A stretch of 64,000 nt of DNA from Flavobacteriaceae bacterium (GCA_947446865.1 CANFHX010000004.1:5901-69900); one strand, 5' to 3'. Shown: positions 54,634-64,000, numbered from the stretch's first letter. Numbers and translations are program-made. Notes: generated by a model from the letters alone, not told the origin.

Positions 54634-57600
54634 TTATTTTTTAAATGTTTTACGGTATTTCAAATAAACTATCGTTGAAAAGACCATGTAAATTATAAAG
54701 ATATAAAGGTAAATAGTTACGTTTTGTTTTTCTCCAGAAGCATACGAATGCATACCGGTTAAGTGAAAATTCACTCCAAAATACGTCATTAATATAGAAG
54801 CAAACGCCAAAACACTCATGAAATTAAAAGAGAACAAACCTCTTAATGACGGTACAAATCTAGCATGAATTACAAATGCATACACCATGATACTAATTAA
54901 AGCCCAAGTTTCTTTGGCATCCCATCCCCAATAACGACCCCAACTTTCGTTAGCCCATTGTCCTCCAAGGAAGTTTCCAATGGTAAGCATTACAAGACCT
55001 ATGGTTAAAGCCAATTCGTTGATATAGGTGATTTCTTTAATGTGCAACGTCATAGCCGCTTTGTTCTTTTCATTGGTAAACAACATTAAAAGTAATGCAA
55101 CCAACCCAAGCACCATTCCTAATGTAAATGGACCATAACTTGCTACAATAACGGCAACGTGAATCATTAACCAATAGGAATTCAATACCGGCTGCAAATT
55201 GGCAATAGATGGATCCAACCAATTTAGATGCGCCACCATTAAAATCATGGAAGCCACAAAAGTTCCAGATGCTACGGTAAGTTTGGATTTTCTATCAAAT
55301 GCCAAGGTAAAGAACATCGTAGCCCAAGCCACATAAATCATACTTTCGTAAGCGTTACTCCAAGGCGCATGCCCAGAAACATACCAACGCGCAATTAAAC
55401 CAGCGGTATGCATGGCAAATAAAACTCCTACGGCAATATGAAATAGGTTAATGGCAATTCGTATTGCTTTTGTATTAGAGAAAATACTGACGATAACCAT
55501 AATTAACATCAAACTTCCAGCAAGCATGTACAACCAAAATAAGTTTTTAAATACATCGTATTTGTTTAACAAAATCTCGGAAGATATTTGGTCGTCTGTT
55601 GGTCGAACTGCTTTTCCGTATTTCTTTTGGAAGTTTTCTAAACCAAGAAACATGGTATTTGCCAAGGTGTAATCTTTGGTTTTAGAAGCTTTTGCTAAAG
55701 CATCAAAATAATAAGGTAATGCATTTTTAATAGCATCCAAATCATTTCCCATAGGATGATTGATCTCTAAAAACGACAACCATTTATTGTTTTTATCCCC
55801 TGGAATTGGGAAGATTTTTAAAATGTTTCCACTCAATGCCGCGTTCATCAAATTGACTTTTTTATCTACTTCGATAAAGTCTTTTTGAAACTGATCGGGG
55901 GTATTGGTTTTATAGGCATCTTCTAAATAAGAACCTAATTTATAATTTCCTTTTGCATCAAATAATGATCTAAAAGTAACGTACTTATCTTCTGGATTTA
56001 CTCCAATAATTTTACGGATGCTGTCGTTTCCATTTTTGATATAAATCAAAGGCAACTCAAACCAAGCGGTTGGAAATTGCGACATCGAAATAAAAACCTG
56101 ATCGGAATTCATTCCTTCATAAGTTTCTCTTTTACTCACTTTACGAAGCAATTCCGACGAAAAAGTGTTAATCGGTTTCATCCTTCCACCATCGTCTTGA
56201 ATTACCAAACGACCAAATTTTTCGGCTTGTGCTTCGGGAACTTTATATTTTAAAATAGAATCTAAATAATTGAATTTTGCTAGATTATGTTGGTGTTGTG
56301 CAAAACCATTTAAAGACAACAACAAAATAAGCACCGACAACAATTGGGATTTTTTTACTTTCACTTCTTCTAATTTTCGTTTCACATCGGCAAAACGGGT
56401 GTTTTTTACAAATAAAATGCACATCATGGCAAAGAACAACAAGAAATAACCAATGTAAGTTACCATAGTTCCCCAGTAATCGTGGTTTACCGAAAGGATG
56501 GTTCCCTTTTCATCGGGGTCAAAAGAGGACTGAAAAAATCGATACCCACCATGGTCTAAAATATGGTTCATGTAAATATCGGCATTGAATTTATTTCCAT
56601 TTTCGGTAACCGTAACTTTGCTTTCAAAAGAAGAAAAACTTTTCTCGGTGCCTGGATATTTTTTGGCATTAAAATCATTTAAAGTAATGCTAAACGGTAA
56701 GGTGTACACTTTGCTTCCAAAATAAAGTGTGTATTCTAATTTGCCAATTTTAACTACTTGTGGTTCGCCAATAGAGCCTTTTGAACCAATAAGGGTAACG
56801 TCTTTCGATTTTCCTTCCGATTCAATCGTTAAAACCAAAGCATCGCTAGAAGTTTTCGATTTGAATTTTTTACCAGAAACTACATCTTTAATTCCTTTAA
56901 TTGGTTGGTCTGGAAAAACAAATTGCGCTCCTCCAACATTATATAACGAACGAAACATTAAAGGTTGGGTAATGTCTTTGGCTAAAGTCCCTTGGAATTT
57001 ATCTGCCATTCGCATAAATTGTCCTTCAAAAGGGGCATCAATGGTAGTTCCTGTTGCAGTAGATGTAATATTAATAGCGCCTTTGGTAGGTTTATTTAAA
57101 GCAAAAAGTACGTTGTGAATGTCTTTGATGGTTCCTTCTTGTAGATAATATTCGTGACGAGAACCTCCACCCGATTCAACCATTTTAAGATATAAAGTTC
57201 CGCTTTCAGATTGCTTAATAGTGTCTTTGGCATCCATAATAAAATTTTTGTAACTAATTTTAAAAGGTATAGCATCAAAATTATCGGAAACAGAAAAAGA
57301 ATTACTTGCAAATGGAGGACACACTGCTGGAGATAACAAAAGAGGTTTTTCGAAAACTCTTCTTTTTAATTCGCCATTATGTTGTCCATCTACAAAAAAA
57401 GTAAGGTAATTTTTATCGGAAAACATTTGGTTAGAAGTAGCGCCTTCACGAATGGGCATCATTCCTTCGTAACTAATGTATCGGGTTATGAAAGCACCAA
57501 AAATGATAAATACAAAAGAAACGTGCAGTAATAAAGTTGCCCATTTTTCTTTTTTATACAATTGGTAGCGTTTAATATTTCCTGCAAAATTAATCATAAA

Positions 57601-57771
57601 GAACACCATAATTACTTCAAACCACCACGCATTATAGATCCAAACTCGTGCAGTATCAGTATTGTAATAACTCTCAATAAAGGTCCCAATTCCCATTGCT
57701 AATGCAAAAGTTAAAAACAAAACCGCCATTAATCGAGTGGAAAACAGAAAAGAAAATATTTTTGTATTCAT
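54634..57771 (-). CDS. ccsA: System II cytochrome c biogenesis fusion CcsBA (ResB-CcsA) with large periplasmic domain
   Basis: H..F..I..GA ResB motif, GHAPW...ES, WL.IHV, WANESWGRYWGWDAKETW, GMHSY. Confidence 0.92.
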   Translation of the reverse strand: MNTKIFSFLFSTRLMAVLFLTFALAMGIGTFIESYYNTDTARVWIYNAWWFEVIMVFFMINFAGNIKRYQLYKKEKWATLLLHVSFVFIIFGAFITRYISYEGMMPIREGATSNQMFSDKNYLTFFVDGQHNGELKRRVFEKPLLLSPAVCPPFASNSFSVSDNFDAIPFKISYKNFIMDAKDTIKQSESGTLYLKMVESGGGSRHEYYLQEGTIKDIHNVLFALNKPTKGAINITSTATGTTIDAPFEGQFMRMADKFQGTLAKDITQPLMFRSLYNVGGAQFVFPDQPIKGIKDVVSGKKFKSKTSSDALVLTIESEGKSKDVTLIGSKGSIGEPQVVKIGKLEYTLYFGSKVYTLPFSITLNDFNAKKYPGTEKSFSSFESKVTVTENGNKFNADIYMNHILDHGGYRFFQSSFDPDEKGTILSVNHDYWGTMVTYIGYFLLFFAMMCILFVKNTRFADVKRKLEEVKVKKSQLLSVLILLLSLNGFAQHQHNLAKFNYLDSILKYKVPEAQAEKFGRLVIQDDGGRMKPINTFSSELLRKVSKRETYEGMNSDQVFISMSQFPTAWFELPLIYIKNGNDSIRKIIGVNPEDKYVTFRSLFDAKGNYKLGSYLEDAYKTNTPDQFQKDFIEVDKKVNLMNAALSGNILKIFPIPGDKNNKWLSFLEINHPMGNDLDAIKNALPYYFDALAKASKTKDYTLANTMFLGLENFQKKYGKAVRPTDDQISSEILLNKYDVFKNLFWLYMLAGSLMLIMVIVSIFSNTKAIRIAINLFHIAVGVLFAMHTAGLIARWYVSGHAPWSNAYESMIYVAWATMFFTLAFDRKSKLTVASGTFVASMILMVAHLNWLDPSIANLQPVLNSYWLMIHVAVIVASYGPFTLGMVLGLVALLLMLFTNEKNKAAMTLHIKEITYINELALTIGLVMLTIGNFLGGQWANESWGRYWGWDAKETWALISIMVYAFVIHARFVPSLRGLFSFNFMSVLAFASILMTYFGVNFHLTGMHSYASGEKQNVTIYLYIFIIYMVFSTIVYLKYRKTFKK

Positions 57772-57930
57772 TAGAAAAACTTTTATAATAAACCTAATTT
57801 TAGGGATTACAAAAGTAATTAAAATTGTGGATTATTATTGAATTAAAAAGGTTTTAAGTCATTTTTAAGAGGTGTTTATTTGAGTAAATGAATCTAATGC
57901 AAATTCAAAAAAAAAGAATATTTTTACCGA

Positions 57931-58689
57931 ATGATATCCATTAGTATTATTGGCTCCGGAAATGTAGCCCAACATTTAATTTCGGCTTTCTCAAAAGCAG
58001 AAAATTTAGAGTTGGTACAAGTGTATTCCCGCAATCCAAATTCCCTTTTGGACTTAATGGATGCCACTAAAATTGTAAGCGATTACAAGCAATTACAAGA
58101 AGTAGATTTATACCTAATTGCAGTTTCCGATGACGCAATTGCAACGGTATCTAGCCAACTTCCTTTTGCAAATAAATTAGTAGTGCATACTTCGGGAAGC
58201 GTTGCTCTAGAAGATTTAAGTTCCACAAACCGAAAAGGTGTTTTTTATCCGCTTCAAACATTTACTAAAAATAAAGAGGTGAATTTTAAGGAAATTCCGC
58301 TTTGTTTGGAGGCGGAAAACGAAACCGATTTACAATTGCTTAAAAAAGTAGCGACGGCAATTTCAGACAAGGTATTTGAAATTACTTCCGAACAAAGAAA
58401 ATCCCTGCATGTGGCAGCAGTTTTTGTAAATAATTTTGTCAATCATTTGTATCAAATAGGAAACGATATTTGCAAAGAACACGAGGTTCCATTTGAAATT
58501 TTGAAACCTTTAATTTTAGAAACGGCCAATAAAATAACTACTCTTTCGCCAGAGCAAGCCCAAACCGGACCTGCAAAACGAAAAGACACCACAACAATTA
58601 CCAAGCATCTTGCAACATTAACTGATGCAAATCAGAAAGAAATATACAAAATCCTAACAAAATCTATTATTGATAATGGCAAATTATAA
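57931..58689 (+). CDS. Rossmann-like + DUF2520 oxidoreductase (PanG-like candidate)
   Basis: IIGSGNVA, AVSDDAI, HTSGS, FYPLQTF, LHVAAVFVNNF, QTGPA.R.D. Confidence 0.85.
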   Translation: MISISIIGSGNVAQHLISAFSKAENLELVQVYSRNPNSLLDLMDATKIVSDYKQLQEVDLYLIAVSDDAIATVSSQLPFANKLVVHTSGSVALEDLSSTNRKGVFYPLQTFTKNKEVNFKEIPLCLEAENETDLQLLKKVATAISDKVFEITSEQRKSLHVAAVFVNNFVNHLYQIGNDICKEHEVPFEILKPLILETANKITTLSPEQAQTGPAKRKDTTTITKHLATLTDANQKEIYKILTKSIIDNGKL

Positions 58690-59200
58690 AGAATTAATGA
58701 ACAACATTACCACCTTCATTTTGGATGTAGATGGTGTATTAACCGATAGTTCAGTGCACGTTACTCCAACAGGAGAAATGCTACGAATAATGAACATTCG
58801 CGATGGTTTTGCCATGAAAGCAGCCTTAGAAAGCGGTTATAATGTGTGTATCATTTCTGGGGGAAGTAACGAGGGTGTTCGTATTCGCTTGCGAAATCTT
58901 GGCATTCACGACATTCATTTGGCTTCTCCAAACAAAGTGGAAACCTTTAACGAATACATTGAATTATACAAGATTAAACCTGAAAACGTATTGTATATGG
59001 GGGACGATATTCCGGATTACCACGTTATGCAATTGGTTGGTTTGCCAACTTGTCCGCAAGATTCTAGTCCGGAAATTAAAGAAATATCCAAATACATTTC
59101 CCACAAAAATGGCGGTAAAGGTGCGGTTAGAGACGTTATTGAACAAGTCATGAAAGTACAGGGTAAGTGGCATTTGTATTATAATGGGAAGCATGATTAG
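58676..59200 (+). CDS. kdsC: KdsC-family HAD phosphatase (KDO8P phosphatase-like)
   Basis: LDVDGVLTD, IRDG, YMGDDIPD, GGKGAVRD. Start set at ATG 58676. Confidence 0.85.
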   Translation: MANYKELMNNITTFILDVDGVLTDSSVHVTPTGEMLRIMNIRDGFAMKAALESGYNVCIISGGSNEGVRIRLRNLGIHDIHLASPNKVETFNEYIELYKIKPENVLYMGDDIPDYHVMQLVGLPTCPQDSSPEIKEISKYISHKNGGKGAVRDVIEQVMKVQGKWHLYYNGKHD

Positions 59201-59226
59201 CCTTAAATCGATTCTTTAAAACCAAA

Positions 59227-59404
59227 TTTTCAGGCTCCGAAGGTGAAATTTCAGGCTCCGAAGGTGAATTTTCAGGTTCCGAAGGTGAATTTTCAGGCTC
59301 TGAAGGTGAATTTTCAGGCTCCGAAGGTGAATTTTCAGGTTCCGAAGGTGAATTTTCAGGTTCCGAAGGTGAATTTTCAGGCTCCGAGGGTGAATTTTCA
59401 GGCT
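59227..59404. repeat. Intergenic tandem repeat, 21 bp x 8.5
   Basis: Unit ttttcaggYtcYgaRggtgaa, no spacers. Confidence 0.97.
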
Positions 59405-59484
59405 AAAAGACTCAAATTTCATTTATCCCGTTTTGAACACCCTTATAATTGAACATCAAATAAATAATATTGAATAGTAAAACA

Positions 59485-60411
59485 ATGAAATTCCTACAAT
59501 TAATACGTTACAAAAACCTACTTCTACTAGCCCTAATGCAGTTAATTATTAGGTTTGGATATTTAGAACAAATAAACATTCCGTTGTCGCTTTTTTATTG
59601 GCAATATGCCTTATTGGTTTTGGCAACAGTACTTATTGCTGCTGGGGGTTATGTAATAAACGATATTTTCGACCAAGAAACCGACCAACATAACAAACCC
59701 AACAAAGTAATTATTGGGACCTATATTTCAGAATCTACTGCATATACTATCTACGCAGGTCTAACCATTGCGGGGGTTGCCTGCGGATTTGTTTTGGCCA
59801 ATTCTATTTCGCATCCTAATTTTGCCATTCTATTTGTATTGGTTGCAACCCTACTCTATTTGTACGCCAGCACATTAAAACAAATTGCGGTGGTTGGTAA
59901 CATTCTTATTGCCGCCTTGCTTGCTTTTAGTGTAATTATCATCGGAATATTTGACATTTTCCCAAATACTTTTGAAAGCAACCAACAGCAAATGGCATTG
60001 GCTTTTTCGATATTATTTGACTACGCCAAATTTGCTTTCAGCATCAATCTAGTTCGTGAAATCATCAAAGACATTCAAGACATAGATGGCGATAGACTTG
60101 AAGAAATGAAAACATTACCTATCCGTATCGGAACTAATAAAACAACCAAAATTGCATTTGCACTTTTACTTTTGCCTACCTTATATTTATTCTATTATAT
60201 AAATAATTACTTGTTTCCGAATAACTTGTATTATAGTATATTCTACTTATTAGTTTTGGTAATTGCACCTATGATTTTCGGTTTGATTCGCATTTGGAAT
60301 TCCAAAGAAAAAAAGGATTTTCAACAAATAAGCACGCTTTTAAAATGGATTATTTTCTTCGGAATTTTATCCATCTGGGTAATTACATTTAACATTAAAC
60401 ACCATGCCTAA
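59485..60411 (+). CDS. UbiA-family prenyltransferase (DGGGP synthase-like)
   Basis: GYVINDIFDQETDQHNKP and REIIKDIQDIDGD motifs, about 9 TM helices. Start moved to ATG 59485. Confidence 0.88.
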   Translation: MKFLQLIRYKNLLLLALMQLIIRFGYLEQINIPLSLFYWQYALLVLATVLIAAGGYVINDIFDQETDQHNKPNKVIIGTYISESTAYTIYAGLTIAGVACGFVLANSISHPNFAILFVLVATLLYLYASTLKQIAVVGNILIAALLAFSVIIIGIFDIFPNTFESNQQQMALAFSILFDYAKFAFSINLVREIIKDIQDIDGDRLEEMKTLPIRIGTNKTTKIAFALLLLPTLYLFYYINNYLFPNNLYYSIFYLLVLVIAPMIFGLIRIWNSKEKKDFQQISTLLKWIIFFGILSIWVITFNIKHHA

Positions 60412-60991
60412 ATCCCATAAAATCATCCTAGCATCTGGATCGCCAAGACGCCAACAATTTTTTAAAGATTTTGATCTTTGGGACCGCTTTGATTTTGAAA
60501 TTCGATTAAAAGAAGTAGACGAAATTTATCCCAATACACTTAAAGCAGAAGAAATAACTAATTATCTGGCCGAATTAAAAGCCAAAGCCTTTGACGGAGA
60601 ACTTTTAGATCATGAAATATTAGTAACCAGCGATACACTGGTATGGCTGAATGACAAAGCATTGGGGAAACCAAAAGACTATGAGGATGCAGTTGCTATT
60701 TTAAAATCATTGTCGAATGCTACGCACGAAGTGATTACCTCCGTTTGTTTTAAAACGGCTACTACAACCGAAACTATTTTTGATACCACTAAAGTTACTT
60801 TTAACACCTTAAGTGAGGGTTCCATTCGATATTACTTAGATAATTATAAGCCATTTGATAAGGCAGGAGCCTACGGAATTCAAGAATGGATAGGACTAAT
60901 TGGTATTTCCAAAATTGAAGGATCGTATACTAATGTGGTGGGATTGCCTACCGAAAAAGTATATAATTATTTAACACGAACATTCCTTTAG
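60404..60991 (+). CDS. maf: Maf-family nucleoside triphosphate pyrophosphatase
   Basis: ILASGSPRR, SDTLV, LGKP, DKAGAYGIQ, NVVGLP. Confidence 0.93.
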   Translation: MPKSHKIILASGSPRRQQFFKDFDLWDRFDFEIRLKEVDEIYPNTLKAEEITNYLAELKAKAFDGELLDHEILVTSDTLVWLNDKALGKPKDYEDAVAILKSLSNATHEVITSVCFKTATTTETIFDTTKVTFNTLSEGSIRYYLDNYKPFDKAGAYGIQEWIGLIGISKIEGSYTNVVGLPTEKVYNYLTRTFL

Positions 60992-61027
60992 AATTTGTAG
61001 TTTTACAAAACTTTTAATGACGGAAAA

Positions 61028-61273
61028 ATGGAAACTGAAAAAGAAATAAACGAGAAAATTTTGAAAGTCACAATGGTCATTCAGGAAAACTTCCCCGAAT
61101 TATCTAAGTATCTTAACGAAATGCCAATTACAATTCCTATAGACAGTCGTCCAGAAGTGAACGTGCAAAACCTTCAAAAATACTACGAAACCCTTGTCGG
61201 ATTATTTAGAAATTATGTCGCCGAACACCAATTAAACTATATCAACCAACGATCTGGCACTGGTCATTTATAA
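61028..61273 (+). CDS. Small hypothetical protein, 81 aa
   Basis: FPELSKYLNEMPITIP core, helical. Resembles a recurrent Flavobacterium hypothetical (recalled). Confidence 0.75.
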   Translation: METEKEINEKILKVTMVIQENFPELSKYLNEMPITIPIDSRPEVNVQNLQKYYETLVGLFRNYVAEHQLNYINQRSGTGHL

Positions 61274-61439
61274 AATATATTGAGTACATTTAGAAGAAAT
61301 TAAAATTATAATAAATTAATAATACCTTTTTAAATGCCTAAACCCCACACTTGGAAAACTAATTACACCTGGTTATTAATAACCAATGCTGTTTTTATTG
61401 TTTTGTTTTATGTTTTAATGCAAATATTCTCCTAAAAAC

Positions 61440-63158
61440 ATGCAGCAACTCGATTGGATAGTACTTTCCGTAACCTTATTGTTCATCATTTTATATGGCG
61501 TTTACAAAACACGCGGAAGTAAAAATGTAGAAGAATATATCTTGGCCAACAAAGAAACCCCGTGGTGGGTGGTTGGACTATCCGTTATGGCAACCCAAGC
61601 CAGTGCTATTACCTTTCTTTCCACTCCAGGCCAAGCCTACCACGACGGAATGGGTTTCATCCAATTCTATTTCGGACTACCAATAGCCATGGTCGTAATT
61701 TGCATCGTCTTTATTCCTATTTACCATAAATACAAAGTCTTTACCGCCTACCAATACCTAGAGCAACGTTTCGATTTAAAAACCCGATCCTTGGCCGCAA
61801 TTTTATTCCTAATCCAACGTGGTTTAGCAGCCGGAATCACCATCTATGCACCATCCATAATCCTCTCCACCCTACTCGGCTGGAATTTAACCCTACTCAA
61901 CATCATCATCGGAATATCCGTAATATTCTATACTTTCATTGGCGGAACCAAAGCCGTAAATGTTACCCAAAAACAACAAATGTTTGTCATCCTTTCGGGG
62001 ATGTTTGTCACGTTCTACCTTATCCTTCACATGTTACCAAACGAAATGACTTTTTCCAATGCGCTGCACATTGCAGGAGCCAACGACAAAATGAACATCC
62101 TTGATTTCTCTCTAGATACCGAAACCCGATACACGTTTTGGAGTGGAATCACCGGTGGATTCTTCCTAATGCTGTCCTATTTCGGAACCGACCAAACCCA
62201 AGTCGGGCGCTATCTTTCGGGTAAAACCGATCGTGAAAGCCAACTCGGTTTAATCATGAACGGATTTCTAAAAGTTCCCATGCAGTTTTTTATCCTGCTA
62301 ACAGGAGTAATGGTTTTTGTGTTTTTCCAATTCAATCCGGTGCCGTTAAATTTCAATCCCAATAACAAAACACTAATTGAAAACTCCAAATTCAAAGACG
62401 ATTACAACAAACTCGAAACTAAATTAACCGCCCTAGCCGAAGAAAAAAAAGAATACAACTTACTGTATATTGACCATTTAAATCAAAATTTTGATAATCC
62501 AATTCTCCGAAACAAACTCAAAGAATTGGCAGGAAGAGAAAAAGATTTGCGCGATCAAGCCAAAGAACTGATCGAAAAAGTAGATGTAAAAGCCGAAACC
62601 AACGACAAAGATTACGTTTTCTTGCACTTCATTTTGCACTATCTACCCAAAGGCCTAATCGGACTTCTACTTGCCGTAATCATCTCGGCAGCCATGTCAT
62701 CCTCCGCATCCGAACTAACCGCACTAGCCTCCACCACAGCCATTGACATCTACAAGCGCAACATAAAAAACGAAAAATCCGAAAAACATTTCGTTTACGC
62801 CACCCAATTTTTCACCCTAGGATGGGGAATCATCGCAATACTTTTTGCTTGCGTTTGCATCCTTTTCGAAAACCTAATCCAGTTAGTAAACATCCTAGGA
62901 TCTATATTTTATGGCACCGTACTCGGCATTTTCTTAGTAGGATTTTTAGTAAAATTCGTCAAAGGAAAATCCATATTCTACAGCGCAGCCATCAGCCAAA
63001 TCTCCATCTTTTTCATCTACTACTATTTTATCCACATCTACCCAAGCGGTCAAGAAAAACTAGGATATTTATGGCTCAACTTCATCGGAGCCCTCCTAAC
63101 CTTAGTGCTTTCCATCGTCTTCCAACTCCTCTTAAATTTAAGAAAAAAGACCCTTTAA
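61440..63158 (+). CDS. Sodium:solute symporter (SSS) family transporter
   Basis: GLSVMATQASAITF, YLEQRF, GTDQTQVGRYL, SAAMSS. About 13 TM helices with a long soluble loop. Confidence 0.92.
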   Translation: MQQLDWIVLSVTLLFIILYGVYKTRGSKNVEEYILANKETPWWVVGLSVMATQASAITFLSTPGQAYHDGMGFIQFYFGLPIAMVVICIVFIPIYHKYKVFTAYQYLEQRFDLKTRSLAAILFLIQRGLAAGITIYAPSIILSTLLGWNLTLLNIIIGISVIFYTFIGGTKAVNVTQKQQMFVILSGMFVTFYLILHMLPNEMTFSNALHIAGANDKMNILDFSLDTETRYTFWSGITGGFFLMLSYFGTDQTQVGRYLSGKTDRESQLGLIMNGFLKVPMQFFILLTGVMVFVFFQFNPVPLNFNPNNKTLIENSKFKDDYNKLETKLTALAEEKKEYNLLYIDHLNQNFDNPILRNKLKELAGREKDLRDQAKELIEKVDVKAETNDKDYVFLHFILHYLPKGLIGLLLAVIISAAMSSSASELTALASTTAIDIYKRNIKNEKSEKHFVYATQFFTLGWGIIAILFACVCILFENLIQLVNILGSIFYGTVLGIFLVGFLVKFVKGKSIFYSAAISQISIFFIYYYFIHIYPSGQEKLGYLWLNFIGALLTLVLSIVFQLLLNLRKKTL

Positions 63159-63167
63159 TTTTTTTTT

Positions 63168-63328
63168 AGAAGCGAAACAGTAGGCATTTTAGTAATTGTA
63201 ATTCCTGCCATCCGTTGCAATCTGGCATTGCGAGGAACGAAGCAATCCTATAACAACATAAGCCTATCGCAATGCCAGGATTTCCACTTCTGTCAGGGCT
63301 ACCAAGGTTATGTCTTTGGTGAAAATAG
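63168..63328 (+). repeat. Modular 3'-UTR repeat, copy D, with a nested REP-like hairpin
   Basis: Same leader and tail as copy C. Centre CTGGCATTGCGAGGAACGAAGCAATC...TCGCAATGCCAG. Confidence 0.85.
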
Positions 63329-63534
63329 TTTTTCAAAAAAAAATCCACCATCTTGTCATCCAGATAGGAATCTCAAAATAGATAAGTCAAATTAATCCAT
63401 CTAACAATCCGTTTTAATCTTTGAAAATCCGCGGCAAAATAATATGTACAGAGAAAATAGCAAACCTAAAATTTATTTTGTTTAACTTATTTAATATATC
63501 ATTAAACATTTTGTAGATTTGTAAAAAATTTACA

Positions 63535-64000
63535 ATGAAAATCTACACCTTCCATAGCAAACAAAATTTACCTATTTCTTTAGAAGAAGCTTGGGAGTTT
63601 CTTTCCAACCCAAAGAATCTTAAAACAATCACCCCACCTTATATGGGTTTCAAAACCCTTTCGGGTGACGACAGAGACATGTTTGCAGGACAAATCATTC
63701 AATATATTGTAACCCCAGTATTAGGAATCCCAATGAAATGGGTTACCGAAATTACCCACGTACAAGACAAAAAATATTTTGTGGACGAACAACGCTTCGG
63801 ACCTTATGCCTTGTGGCACCACAAACATTTCCTAAAAGAAATTCCAGGCGGCGTAGAAATGGAAGACATTGTAGATTATAAAGTTCCAATGGGAATTCTT
63901 GGGCAATTGGTGCAGCCATTCTTAGTGGCACCAAAACTGAAAGAAATATTTGATTTCAGAACAAAAAAACTAATCGAACTTTTTGGAGAATTTAAAGGAT
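63535..64000 (+). CDS. SRPBCC-family protein, 3' end outside window
   Basis: Not in ORF track. MKIYTF...EAWEFLSNPKNL..ITPP...WVTEITHV...FVDEQRFGPY..WHHKH. Confidence 0.9.
   Translation, partial: MKIYTFHSKQNLPISLEEAWEFLSNPKNLKTITPPYMGFKTLSGDDRDMFAGQIIQYIVTPVLGIPMKWVTEITHVQDKKYFVDEQRFGPYALWHHKHFLKEIPGGVEMEDIVDYKVPMGILGQLVQPFLVAPKLKEIFDFRTKKLIELFGEFKG

Noticed and set aside
59227-59404. CRISPR array
   Set aside because: Units are contiguous with no unique spacers, and no cas genes are in the window.
59216-59452. ORF-track proteins (IHLRSLK)n and (FQAPKVN)n as real genes
   Set aside because: They are read-throughs of the tandem repeat, and unit variation is non-synonymous in these frames.
630-63934. 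Numerous 60-140 aa ORFs antisense to or nested in recognised genes (e.g. 630-812, 12669-13094, 25396-25722, 56729-57118, 62822-63169, 63752-63934)
   Set aside because: They overlap well-supported genes, show no recognisable motifs, and are expected shadow ORFs.
1-64000. rRNA, tRNA, IS elements, prophage or defence-system genes
   Set aside because: No cloverleaf or rRNA signatures and no transposase, integrase, phage structural or known defence motifs among the ORFs. Gaps are short and explained by promoters, terminators or repeats.

Overview
Low-GC Bacteroidota chromosomal region, most like Flavobacterium (TAnnTTTG -7 promoter octamers, typical gene set), with about 60 protein-coding genes. 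I found no rRNA, tRNA, CRISPR array, transposase or integrase. Housekeeping genes include panB, prmA, clpS, kdsA, ftsK-lolA-lptF/G-ribB, miaA, sixA-ppk1-ppx, pyrR-pyrB-rnz-pdxH, ccsBA and maf. Thiol and metalloid genes are unusually dense: ahpC-trx, an ars operon, tpx, a persulfide-dioxygenase/rhodanese cluster, a YeeE pair and gpx. Main leads: (1) a predicted regulon for a Crp/Fnr-family protein with Val at the CRP Glu181 position, whose GTAAC-N4-GTTAC-type box lies 20-21 nt upstream of the -7 octamer at three promoters and links a sulfur cluster at 36-40 kb to a metal-binding gene at 5.3 kb; (2) four copies of a modular 3'-UTR repeat with fixed ends and an interchangeable central hairpin, all in the same orientation 2-10 nt after stop codons; (3) a BlaI/M56 system with a triple operator and a doubly broken secreted partner gene sharing an unnamed domain and heptad tail; (4) a 21-bp x 8.5 intergenic tandem array; (5) an unannotated 53-aa membrane ORF; (6) pervasive 7-9-bp degenerate tandem arrays that form intergenic hairpins and overlap coding sequence. 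Family names come from motif recognition and memory, not database searches. Several ORF-track starts were moved downstream on promoter or homology grounds.
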